In this document: piece after piece, positions 15,822 to 25,697 of the stretch
How positions within the stretch are numbered: the stretch's first letter is position 1
Layout of the letters: the number at the start of each line of letters is the position of its first letter
Assembly (NCBI GenBank): GCA_964014485.1
Contig: CAXHAT010000092.1
Coordinates: 1 to 29,213 of the forward strand
Direction: 5' to 3'
DNA length: 29,213 nucleotides
Source of the DNA: an uncultured Deferribacteres bacterium
GTDB lineage: Bacteria > Zhuqueibacterota > Zhuqueibacteria > Zhuqueibacterales > Geothermadaptataceae
The notes under the pieces: model-generated
What the model saw: the letters and a program-made list of their open reading frames with translations, nothing else
The model's database searches: none
What the model was told of the DNA's origin: nothing
Translations under genes and position numbers: made by a program

Positions 15822-17924
15822 TCAACCCTCCTTTCCGGCCAGAGCGTTCAAGACTTTGTCCGGCGTCATCGGCAGCTCGCGCAGCCGTACGCCGATGGCA
15901 TTGTAGACCGCGTTGGCAACCGCCGCCGAGGTCGGGATGGTCGGCGGTTCGCCAATTCCCATCACGCCGCGTTCCGCTTCATCGTAAAAAATGACTTCGA
16001 TTTCCGGCGTTTCAAGCACGCCGCAGATTTTGTAATCTTCAAAATTGGGATTGATAATCGTGCCGGTAATCGGGTCCATGATGCGATCTTCGTAAAGCGC
16101 ATAGCTGACGCCCTGAATCACCGCGCCGTTGACCTGGCTTTCCGTGGTCAGACGATCCAGAATCAACCCGCAATCTGCAACCGCGACGACTTTTTCGACG
16201 GTGATGCGCCCGGTGTAAGTATCGACAGCAACTTGCGCGAACTGACAGCCCGCGACGCCGCGATCGGAAAGTCCCTCGCTCCATTCGCCGTGAACGGTCA
16301 AAGGATCGTCGCCAATCATCGCACACAATTCTTTCCAGCCGACGGATTTGCCGTTGGCGCTGGCTTTTTTGCCGGCAAAACTAACCGCATCAACCGAAGC
16401 GCCCAAATGCTTCGCGGCGATTTCAGTGAGTTTTTCTTTCGCCAACTCAGCCGTATTTTTGATTGCCGGAGCAACCGAAGGTACGGTCGTGCTGCCGCCG
16501 GAACCGCCGGAAAACGGAAAATCACTTTCGCCGAGCATCGGTTTTATGTCGTGAATTTCCAGCCCGAGCACTTCCGCCGTGATCGCAGCGACGTAGGTGC
16601 GCGTCCCAGTGCCAATGTCCTGGGTGCCGCATTTCACTTCGATGGAGCCGTCCGGGTAGATCGTCATTTCCGCCTTTGTGCCGCGCCCTGGAACAGCCCA
16701 CATGCTCGCGCCGAGGCCTACGCCGCGCTTAATTGAGCCGGACTCGCTGCTTGGCGCCGTGCGCTTGCTCCAACCGATTTTTTCCGCCCCGATGCGCCAC
16801 TCTTTTTGGCGCGTTTCGTTCGGGTCATTTTTCAGCCGAAATTCCAGCGGATCGACGCCAAGCTTGTGCGCCAATTCATCCATCGCCTGCTCCATGGCAA
16901 AGCAGCCTTGCGGACGACCGGGCGCGCGGAAGGCTCTCGACGCTCCGGCATTGGTCGCTACATCGCGATGCGTCACTTTCCGGTTCGGAATTTCATAAAC
17001 AAAAGGCAGGGTCACGCCTGCGCCGCGACCAACACCGGCGGTGCCGTAAGTTTCAGCCTGAAATGCAGTCAATTTGCCGGCGCTGTTTGCACCGATTTTG
17101 ACTTTCGACAAGCTGTCCGGACGATTGCCGCCGCTGGAAAAATCCTGTTTGCGCGAAAGCATCAATTTGACCGGCGTTCCCGTTTTTTTCGCCAAATCCG
17201 CCGCGACCGCCGTGTAAAGTCCCGCCTGCAATTTGCTGCCAAAGCCCGCGCCCATGTGGTGGCAAATGACATGAACTTTATTCTCGGGAATTTCAAGAAA
17301 CTGCGCCACGCCGCGACGTACGCCGTGTACGGCTTGCGTCGAATCCCAAATATAAAGGTCATCACCGCGCCACTCTACCATGCTGCCGTGAACTTCCAGA
17401 CAGGAGTGCGTTTGCACTTGCGTGCGATAAGTTGCCTCAACAACCTGCGCCGCTTCAGCGAATCCAGCTTCAATATCGCCTTCGGCGCGTTCACGCGGTT
17501 CTTCCGCAATATTCGGTCTTTGCGCAAACGCTCTTGGTGCGTTTGCCTGCATCGCGGCGTCAAGTTCAGCGGCGAATGGCAAAACGTCATACTCGATTTC
17601 GAAAAGTTCGAGAGCGTCTTCTAAAACTTGCGGAGAGGTTGCTGCAACGGCGGCGATGTATTGCCCGGCGAAATGGATCGAGTCGTTGTTGCGAATGTCC
17701 GTCACAACCGCTTTCACGCCCGGGAGCGCTTCAACTTTGCTTGTGTCGATATTGAGCACTTTGGCGGAAGGATGCGGCGAGGAAATGATCGCGCCGTAGA
17801 GCATGTTTTGCGGCTTGAGATCGTAGGTGTACTTTGCCTTGCCGGTGACTTTCTCAGGCCCGTCCAAACGCGGGTAGCGCTTGCTCAAAATCTCCATTTT
17901 TTCCAGAGGTTTCCAGTTAGCCAT
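15822..17924 (-). CDS. Xanthine dehydrogenase family molybdopterin-binding subunit (PaoC/YagR-like)
   Basis: RLDGPEKVTGKAKY, MGAGFGSK, AFRAPGRPQ, QDIGTG, SQVNGAVIQG and the catalytic GIGEPP. Confidence 0.95.
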   Translation of the reverse strand: MANWKPLEKMEILSKRYPRLDGPEKVTGKAKYTYDLKPQNMLYGAIISSPHPSAKVLNIDTSKVEALPGVKAVVTDIRNNDSIHFAGQYIAAVAATSPQVLEDALELFEIEYDVLPFAAELDAAMQANAPRAFAQRPNIAEEPRERAEGDIEAGFAEAAQVVEATYRTQVQTHSCLEVHGSMVEWRGDDLYIWDSTQAVHGVRRGVAQFLEIPENKVHVICHHMGAGFGSKLQAGLYTAVAADLAKKTGTPVKLMLSRKQDFSSGGNRPDSLSKVKIGANSAGKLTAFQAETYGTAGVGRGAGVTLPFVYEIPNRKVTHRDVATNAGASRAFRAPGRPQGCFAMEQAMDELAHKLGVDPLEFRLKNDPNETRQKEWRIGAEKIGWSKRTAPSSESGSIKRGVGLGASMWAVPGRGTKAEMTIYPDGSIEVKCGTQDIGTGTRTYVAAITAEVLGLEIHDIKPMLGESDFPFSGGSGGSTTVPSVAPAIKNTAELAKEKLTEIAAKHLGASVDAVSFAGKKASANGKSVGWKELCAMIGDDPLTVHGEWSEGLSDRGVAGCQFAQVAVDTYTGRITVEKVVAVADCGLILDRLTTESQVNGAVIQGVSYALYEDRIMDPITGTIINPNFEDYKICGVLETPEIEVIFYDEAERGVMGIGEPPTIPTSAAVANAVYNAIGVRLRELPMTPDKVLNALAGKEG

Positions 17925-17927
17925 AAC

Positions 17928-18566
17928 TTAACCTCCTTTCTTCATGGTTTTGGCCGCGGCGTCGATGGCCTCAAAAACTTTCGGGTAGGTGCCGCAGCGG
18001 CAGAGATTGCCTGAAACGCCGACTTTGATTTCGTCCATCGTCGGATTGGGATTTTGTTGCAACAAAGCGGTTCCGGCCATGACGAATCCCGGCGTACAGA
18101 AGCCGCACATCAGCGCGTCCTTTTCAGCGAACTCTGACTGCAAAGCCGTGAGTTCTTCGCCGTCCGCCAAGCCTTCCACCGTGGTAATTTCCTTGTCCCG
18201 AGCGTCGAGCGCCAGCGTCATACAAGACAGTTTTGCCTTGCCGTCGATAATGACGGTGCAGGCGCCGCACTGCCCGCGATCACAAACTTCTTTTGCGCCG
18301 GTCAACTCCAAATTTTCCCGCAAGGCGCTCAAAAGCGTGGTGCGCGGCTCCACTTCAACGCTGCGCATTTGTTTGTTGATCTTTAATCGGATGGTGTTGG
18401 AACCGGAAATCGTGTCCGCTTCCGCCCCCAGGATTTTCTTTTTGGTTTCTTCCGCCAGCAAGCCGGTGTGCGGCAGGGTAGCAACTCCGGCAACGCCGCC
18501 GCCCATGCCTTTCAAAAACTTCCGGCGCGAAATTCCGCCCGCCGCGCCGTTTTTCTCTTTCGCCAT
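17928..18566 (-). CDS. 2x[2Fe-2S] subunit with a twin-arginine (Tat) signal (PaoA/YagT-like)
   Basis: ATG 18566 has a GAGGTGA SD. ISRRKFLK Tat motif, CDRGQCGAC...C, CGFCTPG and NLCRCGTY. Confidence 0.95.
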   Translation of the reverse strand: MAKEKNGAAGGISRRKFLKGMGGGVAGVATLPHTGLLAEETKKKILGAEADTISGSNTIRLKINKQMRSVEVEPRTTLLSALRENLELTGAKEVCDRGQCGACTVIIDGKAKLSCMTLALDARDKEITTVEGLADGEELTALQSEFAEKDALMCGFCTPGFVMAGTALLQQNPNPTMDEIKVGVSGNLCRCGTYPKVFEAIDAAAKTMKKGG

Positions 18567-18615
18567 GCCTTCACCTCTAACAGCCGTTACCCAGCAAAAT
18601 TGAAATTGTTTAAAA

Positions 18616-18644
18616 AGGCTATAAAAAGAATCGAGGGAAGTCAA
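18616..18644 (-). promoter_or_regulatory. Possible sigma-70 promoter for the molybdoenzyme operon
   Basis: The minus strand reads TTGACT - 17 nt - TAGCCT, ~50 nt upstream of ATG 18566. Confidence 0.45.
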
Positions 18645-18910
18645 GGACTTTGCGCCAACGCTCAAATTTTACCTTTAAGTGACAAGCCTGCTTTCCGTTT
18701 TGAGCCTGCATTGTCGATATGTTACAATCGTAGAAAAATTCTGACGTACCCTGCACCATGGGCATGAAATTTCTTCGAGAAATGCGTCGAATTTTCCTAT
18801 CCTTGTCGAAAATAACCCTTCCTTGAAATACTGGGGTCATTGATTTTCGTCGACAACCGCCGCTTTTGCAGATCACTTGACACACGGGCACGGGACAGAG
18901 GAGCAAAGAA

Positions 18911-21900
18911 ATGACAAGGATCACATTGCTGCGACAGGCAATATTCTTTTTTTTGTGCATTTTATCATTGCCAAACGTCGCTTTCGCGCAATTCACGCCG
19001 CCGACAAACTCGCCGATTGATCAATCGCAACATCCGAGAATTTTTCTCACCAATTCAGAACTGCCGGCCATTCGAGGCAAGATCGAGAATCATTATTCGC
19101 AAGATTTTCAGATTTTTCTCGATCACATGGACGACCTTTATGCGACGGCGGCAGGGGCCGGGGATTTCGCAGATTGGAACGACATTTTTGGCGGCATGCG
19201 CGCCTACGCATTTTTGGGGCTGATCGATCCAGCCACAATTTCCGGCGCATCAGCCGATCATAATGCGAACGATTACACGCAAAAAGCGATAGAAATGGCG
19301 CTCTACGTCGCGGCTAACTTGCCGGACGATTGGACAGAGCCGCACGAGAGCGCACGAAATATGACCACAGGCAAAGGCGGTCTTGCGAGCCTCGCGCTGC
19401 AGGTTGTTTACGACTGGACATACGCATCTTCGAGCGCCAACGACCGCACACAAATCGTGGATCGCCTGATCACGATGTGGGACAACAAGTACGATTCAGA
19501 CAAGGTCAAGCTTGAAAACCACTACGCCGCCAACGTGCATGTTTACGGCGCCGCGCTTTGTTTTTACGGCGATTCCGGTCTGACCCAGGCCCAGCAAGAC
19601 AAAGCGCAGTTAATGATGGATTCTTTCGTCGACGTTTTTGAAACGCGACAACTCGCCGTGGCGGAGCGCATTTTTGCGGGCTCCAGCGATTGGGTTGAGG
19701 GCGATCAATACATGTTCGACGGCTTCTCCGGGATTTTGCTTTTGGCCGCAGCCGCAGGCAGCGCTCTGGATATTGATTATTTCTCCGGCAATGCCTGGAT
19801 TCGACATACGCCGGAATTTTTGTATTTCAACATCATGCCCAAACCTTACCAGGGGCAGCATTTTTTTCGTCAACAAAACACCAGCACCGTCGCTTTCGTC
19901 AACCAGCGTTACGCTTCGTCGGTGATGAATATTCTGGCGGCGGAACTCGTCGATTCCAATCCAGATCTCGCAGGGCTGGCGGCGTGGTTTTGCGAAACAA
20001 GCCAGTACGGCGTCCTGGTTGACGGCTACTCATCCTACAAATCTCACATTTACGACGTTTTTTACAAATTTCTGTTCGGTACGCGGCAAGTCCCCCAGAA
20101 ATCGCCCAACGCAGCCAATGTGCCGCTGAGCATGCAGTTGGGACAAATGCACGCCATGCGCTCCGAACACGTGAGCGACGACGCGACGTTGATTCAATTT
20201 TTTACGCCGACCTACTGGTATCACAACGGTCACAACGAGGAAGAACAAGGCGGTTTTACGCTGCATCGCTTTGGTCCGCTGGCGGTCAGCGCTTCGAATA
20301 CGAAAAACGCCGGAGACGGCATTCCGCGCGTGACTAGCGGCAAGGGTTTCTCCCAAAACAACGTCTTCGCCATCGGGAACGACAATCGGCTCGACGTTGA
20401 AATGGACGCACCCGGCGACGAAGCCGATTCGCCGGAATGGTTTGAACTTGGCGCCGACGCGCACATCGGAACCGTCGACGCTTACGAGCATGTTGCGGGA
20501 GAATTTGACTACATCAACTACGACTACTCTCGCAGCTACAAGGGCGGCACAAAAACGAGCCTGGCCCGGCGCGAATTGCTCTATTTACGCGGCCAGGTTA
20601 ATGAAGAATTCGTCGTCGTTCTGGATCGTGTTGATTCGAATCTGGAAAAACATTTCATCCTGCACACGGCGGGCGACCAGGAAGCGATTGGCGACAGTTG
20701 GGCTTCGGACGGCGCCGGAAAATGGGTGACGACGGCGCGTTCGATCAGCCTGGAAAATCGCATTGACCAGGCACACGGCAAAATGTTCCTGACCTCGGTA
20801 TTTCCAAACGACGTTTCCCTTCACAAATTCGGCGGGCCGGGTTATGAATGGGTCTGGCCGGACGGCGAGCCTTTAAATTACGATCCATCTGATTTCAGCG
20901 ACAAGGCGACTTATCTTTTAAGCGATCACACGTTGCAAATTCGCTCGCAGGGCAACCAGTTTCTCACCGTGATGCAAATCGGCGACGCCAACACGCTGAC
21001 GCAGGCCGACAATGTTGCTGCGCTTTCGGGAACAGGTTGGAAAGGAACGTTTCTGGCTGAAAAAAACGTCGTGCTGTTCAGCGAAAATGAGACTTTGCTT
21101 CAAACAGCGACTTACACGATTTCTTCAACGCAATCCGTTCGTCACGTTCTCTGCGAGTTCGAAAAAAACGCATCTTTCACAGTCACAAGGGACGGGCAGA
21201 CCATTGCTTCCGGCAATACCGGCCCGAACGGCGTCGTCTTTTTCTCCGACGCGCCCGGCGGGCAGGCGGAGTACCATGTTTCAACAGACGGCGGCGGCGT
21301 TTTGACTTCCCCGGATGCGCCGACGAATTTGAATGCAAGTGCAGTCAGTTCGACGCAAATTGCGCTTGCTTGGCAGGATAACGCTGACAATGAATCAGGT
21401 TTCAAAATCGAACGGCACGCCGGAGATAACAATTTTGTTGAAGTCGCTTCGGTCGGCCAGAACGTCACGAGTTTCACGGACGTTAGCCTGACGCCAGGCA
21501 CGAGCTATACTTATCGTGTGCTTGCTTACAACAGCGCCGGAGAGTCAGGGTTTTCAAACGAATCCTCCGCGACAACGGACGCACCGCCTCCCCCTCCCGA
21601 CGCGCCGTCCAATTTAGCGGCAGCGGCAAACGGCAGCACTGAAATTGATTTGAGTTGGAATGACAACGCCAATGATGAAGACGGCTTCAAAATTGAGCGT
21701 CATGCAGGAGACGGAAATTTTGCCGAAGTTGCGCAGCTTGGAGCGAATGTAACCAGCTTCAACGACGCCGGTCTGGACGGCGGAGTCACCTACACTTATC
21801 GCATTTTTGCATTCAATTTTTCTGGAAATTCCGGTTTTTCAAACGAAGTTTCAGCAACGACGGACGCACCTCCGCCGCCGCCCGCAACACCGACCGGTTT

Positions 21901-24900
21901 GGTCGCGACAACGTTCAGCAGCTCTTCCATCGGTTTGGATTGGAATGATAACTCAAGCAACGAGACCGGCTTCCGGATTGAGCGTCATTCCGGCGACGGG
22001 AATTTTGCCGAAATTGTGCAGGTCGGGCCGGGCGCGACAAGCTACGACGACCTGGGTTTATCCGCAGCCGTCACTTACACCTATCGCGTTTTTGCGTTCA
22101 ACGGCTCCGGCGACTCGAATCCTTCCAACGAAGCTTCGGCGACAACGGACGACCCGCCCGCGGGCGACTGCACCGAAGGCAATCTTTCTCAGGGGGCGTC
22201 AGCGACAGCTTCGACCAGCGAAGACGGCGCGCCGACAGAGAGCATCGATGGAAATTTTGATACATACTGGCGAAGCGGAGAAACGCAGTCTGGAACGGCG
22301 GAATGGTTGAGCGTCGATCTTGGGCAATTGACGCCGATTGACAGCTTGCACGTCGCTTGGCGCGATAAGAATTATGCGAGAAGCTACGAAGTTCAGGTTT
22401 CTGAAACAGGATCAATGTGGAACGTCATTCTCTCGATGAGCAAGTCTGACGACGAGCCGGATGACTTGCAATTCGAAAGCGTTTCCGCGCGCCATGTCCG
22501 TCTTTATCTGCTCGAAAGCAATAAAGCCCACTATAAAATCGACGAATTTGAGGTTTACGGCTGCTCCGATAACGGCGGCGGCGCAACGGCCCCGGCTACG
22601 CCTTCCGGACTTTCGGCGACTCCGACCGCAAATCAGCGAATTGAATTGAGCTGGAACGACAATTCCAGCAATGAAAGCGGATTTAAAATTGAACGACGCG
22701 AGGAGAGTCAAAGCTTTGTCCAGATCGCGCAAGTTGCAGCGAACGTCACGAGCTACAGCGATGCCGGGGTAAGTGAAAATGTGGCCTACACTTATCGCGT
22801 CAGAGCGACGAATAACGAGGGAGACTCCGGCTATTCAAACGAAGCCTCAGCGACGATTTCATCGAGCCAAAATCTGGTGCGCGGCCCGTACTTGCAGATG
22901 GGCGCACCGACAAGCATGACGATCAGATGGCGCACCGACCAAGCGACAAACAGTCGCGTGGAATTTGGTCTCTCGGCAGGCAATTTGAACATGACCGTGG
23001 ACAGCCTGAGCAGTCGAACGGAGCATGTTGTCGTGCTTTCCGGCCTGTCGCCGAACACGACCTATTATTATTCGATTGGCTCGACCGGCTCCATCTTCGT
23101 TTCAGGCGGAGATTATTTTTTCAAAACCAACCCGACCGACGGAACGCGTCAGACGTCTCGCATTTGGATTATTGGCGATTCCGGCGAAGGCAACCAAAAC
23201 GCGATCAACGTTCGCGACGCCTACAAGACGCACACCGGATCGACGCACACCAATCTCTGGGTCATGCTCGGCGATAATGCCTACGACGACGGCACGGACG
23301 CGGAATACCAAACGGCCATGTTCGACATGTACCCGGAAATGCTGCGCAAGTCCGTCGTCTGGCCCGCATTCGGAAATCACGACGGAGCCAGCGCCGATTC
23401 GCCGGATGAATCAGGCGTTTTTTACGACATTTTTTCTCTGCCAAGAAACGCGGAATCGGGCGGCGTTGCCAGCGGAACGGAAGCGTATTATTCGTTTAAT
23501 TACGCCAACATCCATTTTGTCTGCCTGAACTCGCACGATATTCCGCGCGGGGTTGATGATCCCATGCTCACCTGGCTGGAAGGCGATCTGGCGGCGAATA
23601 CGCTGGATTGGGTTGTCGCTTTTTGGCACCATCCCCCTTATTCAAAAGGCTCGCATGATTCCGACCTGGAGGATCATGAAACTGAAATGCGGGAAAATGC
23701 ACTGCCAATTTTGGAAAATTATGGTGTTGATTTGGTCTTCACTGGTCACAGTCATTCCTACGAGCGCTCATACTTGCTCGACGGTCATTACGGCAACTCG
23801 TTGAGCCTGCTGCCCGAACATAAACTCGATGACGGCGATGGTCGCGAAGACAGCGACGGCGCTTACAGCAAGCCGGTTTTGGGGCCTTCTTCGCACGACG
23901 GCGCCGTTTACGTCGTTGCCGGAAACGCCAGCAAAACCAGCAGCGCGCCGCTGGATCATCCTGCGATGTATTATTCAGTTCAAGCCCTCGGCTCCATCGT
24001 CCTTGACGTTGACGGCGGCAAAGCGGACGTGACGTACATCGATGACACGGGCGCCGTTCGCGATTATTTCACCATTCAAAAAGGCGGCGGCGCGTCTAAC
24101 CCGCCGCAAGCGCCGACGGCTCTAAGCGCAACGGCAAACGGTTCATCGGAGATTGATTTGAGCTGGACGGATAATTCCAACGATGAAGACGGTTTTAAAA
24201 TTGAGCGGCACGACGGCGACGGCAATTTTGCCGAAATCGCGCAAGTCGGGGCGGGCGATACCAGTTACAATGACGCCGGATTAAGCGGCGGCACAACCTA
24301 CTCTTATCGCGTACGCGCTTTTAACAACGCCGGGAATTCGAGCTACTCAAATGAAGCGGCCGCGACCACTGAACCGGTGACAGCGCCGCCCGCCGATCCA
24401 GACAATCTCGCGGCAACGGCAAACAGTTCGGCGGAGATTGATTTGAGTTGGAACGATAACTCGAACGACGAAACCGGCTTCAAAATTGAGCGCCACGACG
24501 GCGACGGCAATTTTGCCGAAATCGCACAAGTCGGCACAGGCGTGACAAGCTATGACGACACGGGTTTGAACAGCGGGACAACCTACACTTACCGCGTTCG
24601 AGCATTTAACGGCGCAGGAAATTCAGGCTACTCGAACGAAACATCAGCCACCACGGACGCTCCGCCTCCCGCCGATCCGAGTAATCTTACAGCAACGGCG
24701 AACGGCGCTTCTCAGATCGATTTGAACTGGGACGACAACTCGAACGACGAAACCGGCTTCAAAATCGAGCGCCATGACGGCGACGGCAATTTTGCCGAAA
24801 TCGCACAGGTTGGCGCGGGCGCGGCAAGCTATGACGACACGGGTTTGAACAGCGGAACAACCTACACTTACCGCGTACGTGCATTTAACGGCGCAGGAAA

Positions 24901-25681
24901 TTCAGGCTATTCAAACGAAGCTTCCGCCACGACGGACAACACGGGCGGCGGCGATCCGAACGTCAATTTGGCGCTGAACCAGCCGACGACGGCTTCGACG
25001 ACTGACAAGGACGCGTCGCCCGATGACGCAACCGACGGCGACGAAAACAGCTTCTGGGAAAGTCGCTCAGCGCAAGAAGGCGTTCCGGAGTGGCTGCAGG
25101 TTGATCTCGGCGGCTCCGAAACAATCAACCGGGCGGTTATCGCGTGGAGGGCCAAGAGTTATGCGGCGAGCTTTGAAGTTCAGGTTTCTAACGATCAAAC
25201 TGCGTGGTCAACGGTTGTTAGCGCGACTCGGAGCGATGAAGGGACGGACGACTTCACATTTCCGGAGGTGAGCGCACGTTACGTCCGCGTTCTAATGCTC
25301 GAGAAAAAGAAGTCAACTTTCCAGGTCGAAGAATTTGAGGTTTACGGAGGCGGCCCCGGAGGCCTTGTCGCCAAGCCCGTGGATCGCGGCGGCGTTGCAA
25401 AGCCTGAGATCGCGCCAAATGTATTTTCACTGCACCAAAATTATCCCAACCCATTTAACCCGGAGACGCGGATTCAATTTAGCTTGCCGCAAAACGCACA
25501 TGTAAAGATCACCGTTTACACGCTTCTGGGCAAAGCCGTCGCCGTGATTGCCGACGCGCCGTTTCAACGCGGCTCACATTCGATAACATTCAATGCAGGA
25601 CGATTGCCCAGCGGCATTTACCTGTATCGGATGGATGCGGGATCGTTCAGTGACATGAAACGGATGATCTTGATGCGGTAG
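18911..25681 (+). CDS. Large secreted multidomain protein: signal peptide, heparinase II/III-like domain, 3xFN3, CBM32/discoidin, FN3, purple acid phosphatase-type metallophosphoesterase, 3xFN3, CBM32/discoidin, C-terminal sorting domain
   Basis: GAGGAG SD and a signal peptide ending ...NVAFA. HPRIFLT, WVEGDQY, GHNEEEQGGFTLHRFGPLA and VVVLDRV are heparinase II/III-like. Seven W.DN..(N/D)E.GF.IER FN3 units. Two WL.VDLG...ARxVR discoidin units. PAP motifs GDSG, GDNAY, GNHD, FWHHPPY and GHSH. Tail LHQNYPNPFNPET...SGIYLYR. Confidence 0.9.
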   Translation: MTRITLLRQAIFFFLCILSLPNVAFAQFTPPTNSPIDQSQHPRIFLTNSELPAIRGKIENHYSQDFQIFLDHMDDLYATAAGAGDFADWNDIFGGMRAYAFLGLIDPATISGASADHNANDYTQKAIEMALYVAANLPDDWTEPHESARNMTTGKGGLASLALQVVYDWTYASSSANDRTQIVDRLITMWDNKYDSDKVKLENHYAANVHVYGAALCFYGDSGLTQAQQDKAQLMMDSFVDVFETRQLAVAERIFAGSSDWVEGDQYMFDGFSGILLLAAAAGSALDIDYFSGNAWIRHTPEFLYFNIMPKPYQGQHFFRQQNTSTVAFVNQRYASSVMNILAAELVDSNPDLAGLAAWFCETSQYGVLVDGYSSYKSHIYDVFYKFLFGTRQVPQKSPNAANVPLSMQLGQMHAMRSEHVSDDATLIQFFTPTYWYHNGHNEEEQGGFTLHRFGPLAVSASNTKNAGDGIPRVTSGKGFSQNNVFAIGNDNRLDVEMDAPGDEADSPEWFELGADAHIGTVDAYEHVAGEFDYINYDYSRSYKGGTKTSLARRELLYLRGQVNEEFVVVLDRVDSNLEKHFILHTAGDQEAIGDSWASDGAGKWVTTARSISLENRIDQAHGKMFLTSVFPNDVSLHKFGGPGYEWVWPDGEPLNYDPSDFSDKATYLLSDHTLQIRSQGNQFLTVMQIGDANTLTQADNVAALSGTGWKGTFLAEKNVVLFSENETLLQTATYTISSTQSVRHVLCEFEKNASFTVTRDGQTIASGNTGPNGVVFFSDAPGGQAEYHVSTDGGGVLTSPDAPTNLNASAVSSTQIALAWQDNADNESGFKIERHAGDNNFVEVASVGQNVTSFTDVSLTPGTSYTYRVLAYNSAGESGFSNESSATTDAPPPPPDAPSNLAAAANGSTEIDLSWNDNANDEDGFKIERHAGDGNFAEVAQLGANVTSFNDAGLDGGVTYTYRIFAFNFSGNSGFSNEVSATTDAPPPPPATPTGLVATTFSSSSIGLDWNDNSSNETGFRIERHSGDGNFAEIVQVGPGATSYDDLGLSAAVTYTYRVFAFNGSGDSNPSNEASATTDDPPAGDCTEGNLSQGASATASTSEDGAPTESIDGNFDTYWRSGETQSGTAEWLSVDLGQLTPIDSLHVAWRDKNYARSYEVQVSETGSMWNVILSMSKSDDEPDDLQFESVSARHVRLYLLESNKAHYKIDEFEVYGCSDNGGGATAPATPSGLSATPTANQRIELSWNDNSSNESGFKIERREESQSFVQIAQVAANVTSYSDAGVSENVAYTYRVRATNNEGDSGYSNEASATISSSQNLVRGPYLQMGAPTSMTIRWRTDQATNSRVEFGLSAGNLNMTVDSLSSRTEHVVVLSGLSPNTTYYYSIGSTGSIFVSGGDYFFKTNPTDGTRQTSRIWIIGDSGEGNQNAINVRDAYKTHTGSTHTNLWVMLGDNAYDDGTDAEYQTAMFDMYPEMLRKSVVWPAFGNHDGASADSPDESGVFYDIFSLPRNAESGGVASGTEAYYSFNYANIHFVCLNSHDIPRGVDDPMLTWLEGDLAANTLDWVVAFWHHPPYSKGSHDSDLEDHETEMRENALPILENYGVDLVFTGHSHSYERSYLLDGHYGNSLSLLPEHKLDDGDGREDSDGAYSKPVLGPSSHDGAVYVVAGNASKTSSAPLDHPAMYYSVQALGSIVLDVDGGKADVTYIDDTGAVRDYFTIQKGGGASNPPQAPTALSATANGSSEIDLSWTDNSNDEDGFKIERHDGDGNFAEIAQVGAGDTSYNDAGLSGGTTYSYRVRAFNNAGNSSYSNEAAATTEPVTAPPADPDNLAATANSSAEIDLSWNDNSNDETGFKIERHDGDGNFAEIAQVGTGVTSYDDTGLNSGTTYTYRVRAFNGAGNSGYSNETSATTDAPPPADPSNLTATANGASQIDLNWDDNSNDETGFKIERHDGDGNFAEIAQVGAGAASYDDTGLNSGTTYTYRVRAFNGAGNSGYSNEASATTDNTGGGDPNVNLALNQPTTASTTDKDASPDDATDGDENSFWESRSAQEGVPEWLQVDLGGSETINRAVIAWRAKSYAASFEVQVSNDQTAWSTVVSATRSDEGTDDFTFPEVSARYVRVLMLEKKKSTFQVEEFEVYGGGPGGLVAKPVDRGGVAKPEIAPNVFSLHQNYPNPFNPETRIQFSLPQNAHVKITVYTLLGKAVAVIADAPFQRGSHSITFNAGRLPSGIYLYRMDAGSFSDMKRMILMR
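24104..24935 (+). repeat. Intragenic tandem FN3 repeats (periods 285 and 279 bp); the last two are nearly identical at DNA level
   Basis: TCGAACGACGAAACCGGCTTCAAAAT occurs at 24461 and 24740. CAAGCTATGACGACACGGGTTTGAACAGCGG and GCATTTAACGGCGCAGGAAATTCAGGCTA are repeated exactly. Confidence 0.9.
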
Positions 25682-25697
25682 ATTGATTTTGCCGCGG

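Noticed and set aside
16806..17624. 272-aa plus-strand ORF and other long antisense or alternative-frame ORFs (e.g. 3152-3763, 11363-11980, 17989-18603)
   Set aside because: They are shadows of well-supported genes and carry no motifs of their own.
18567..18665. Extended N-termini in the ORF track (also 6001, 12037, 26912, 27970, 29202)
   Set aside because: Downstream ATGs have better SD sequences, stop/start overlaps or family-typical N-termini. The sufS extension runs through a palindromic repeat.
24104..24935. Regularly spaced direct repeats that might be taken for a CRISPR array
   Set aside because: They are in-frame 279-285-bp FN3 coding repeats with no unique spacers, and no cas genes are present.
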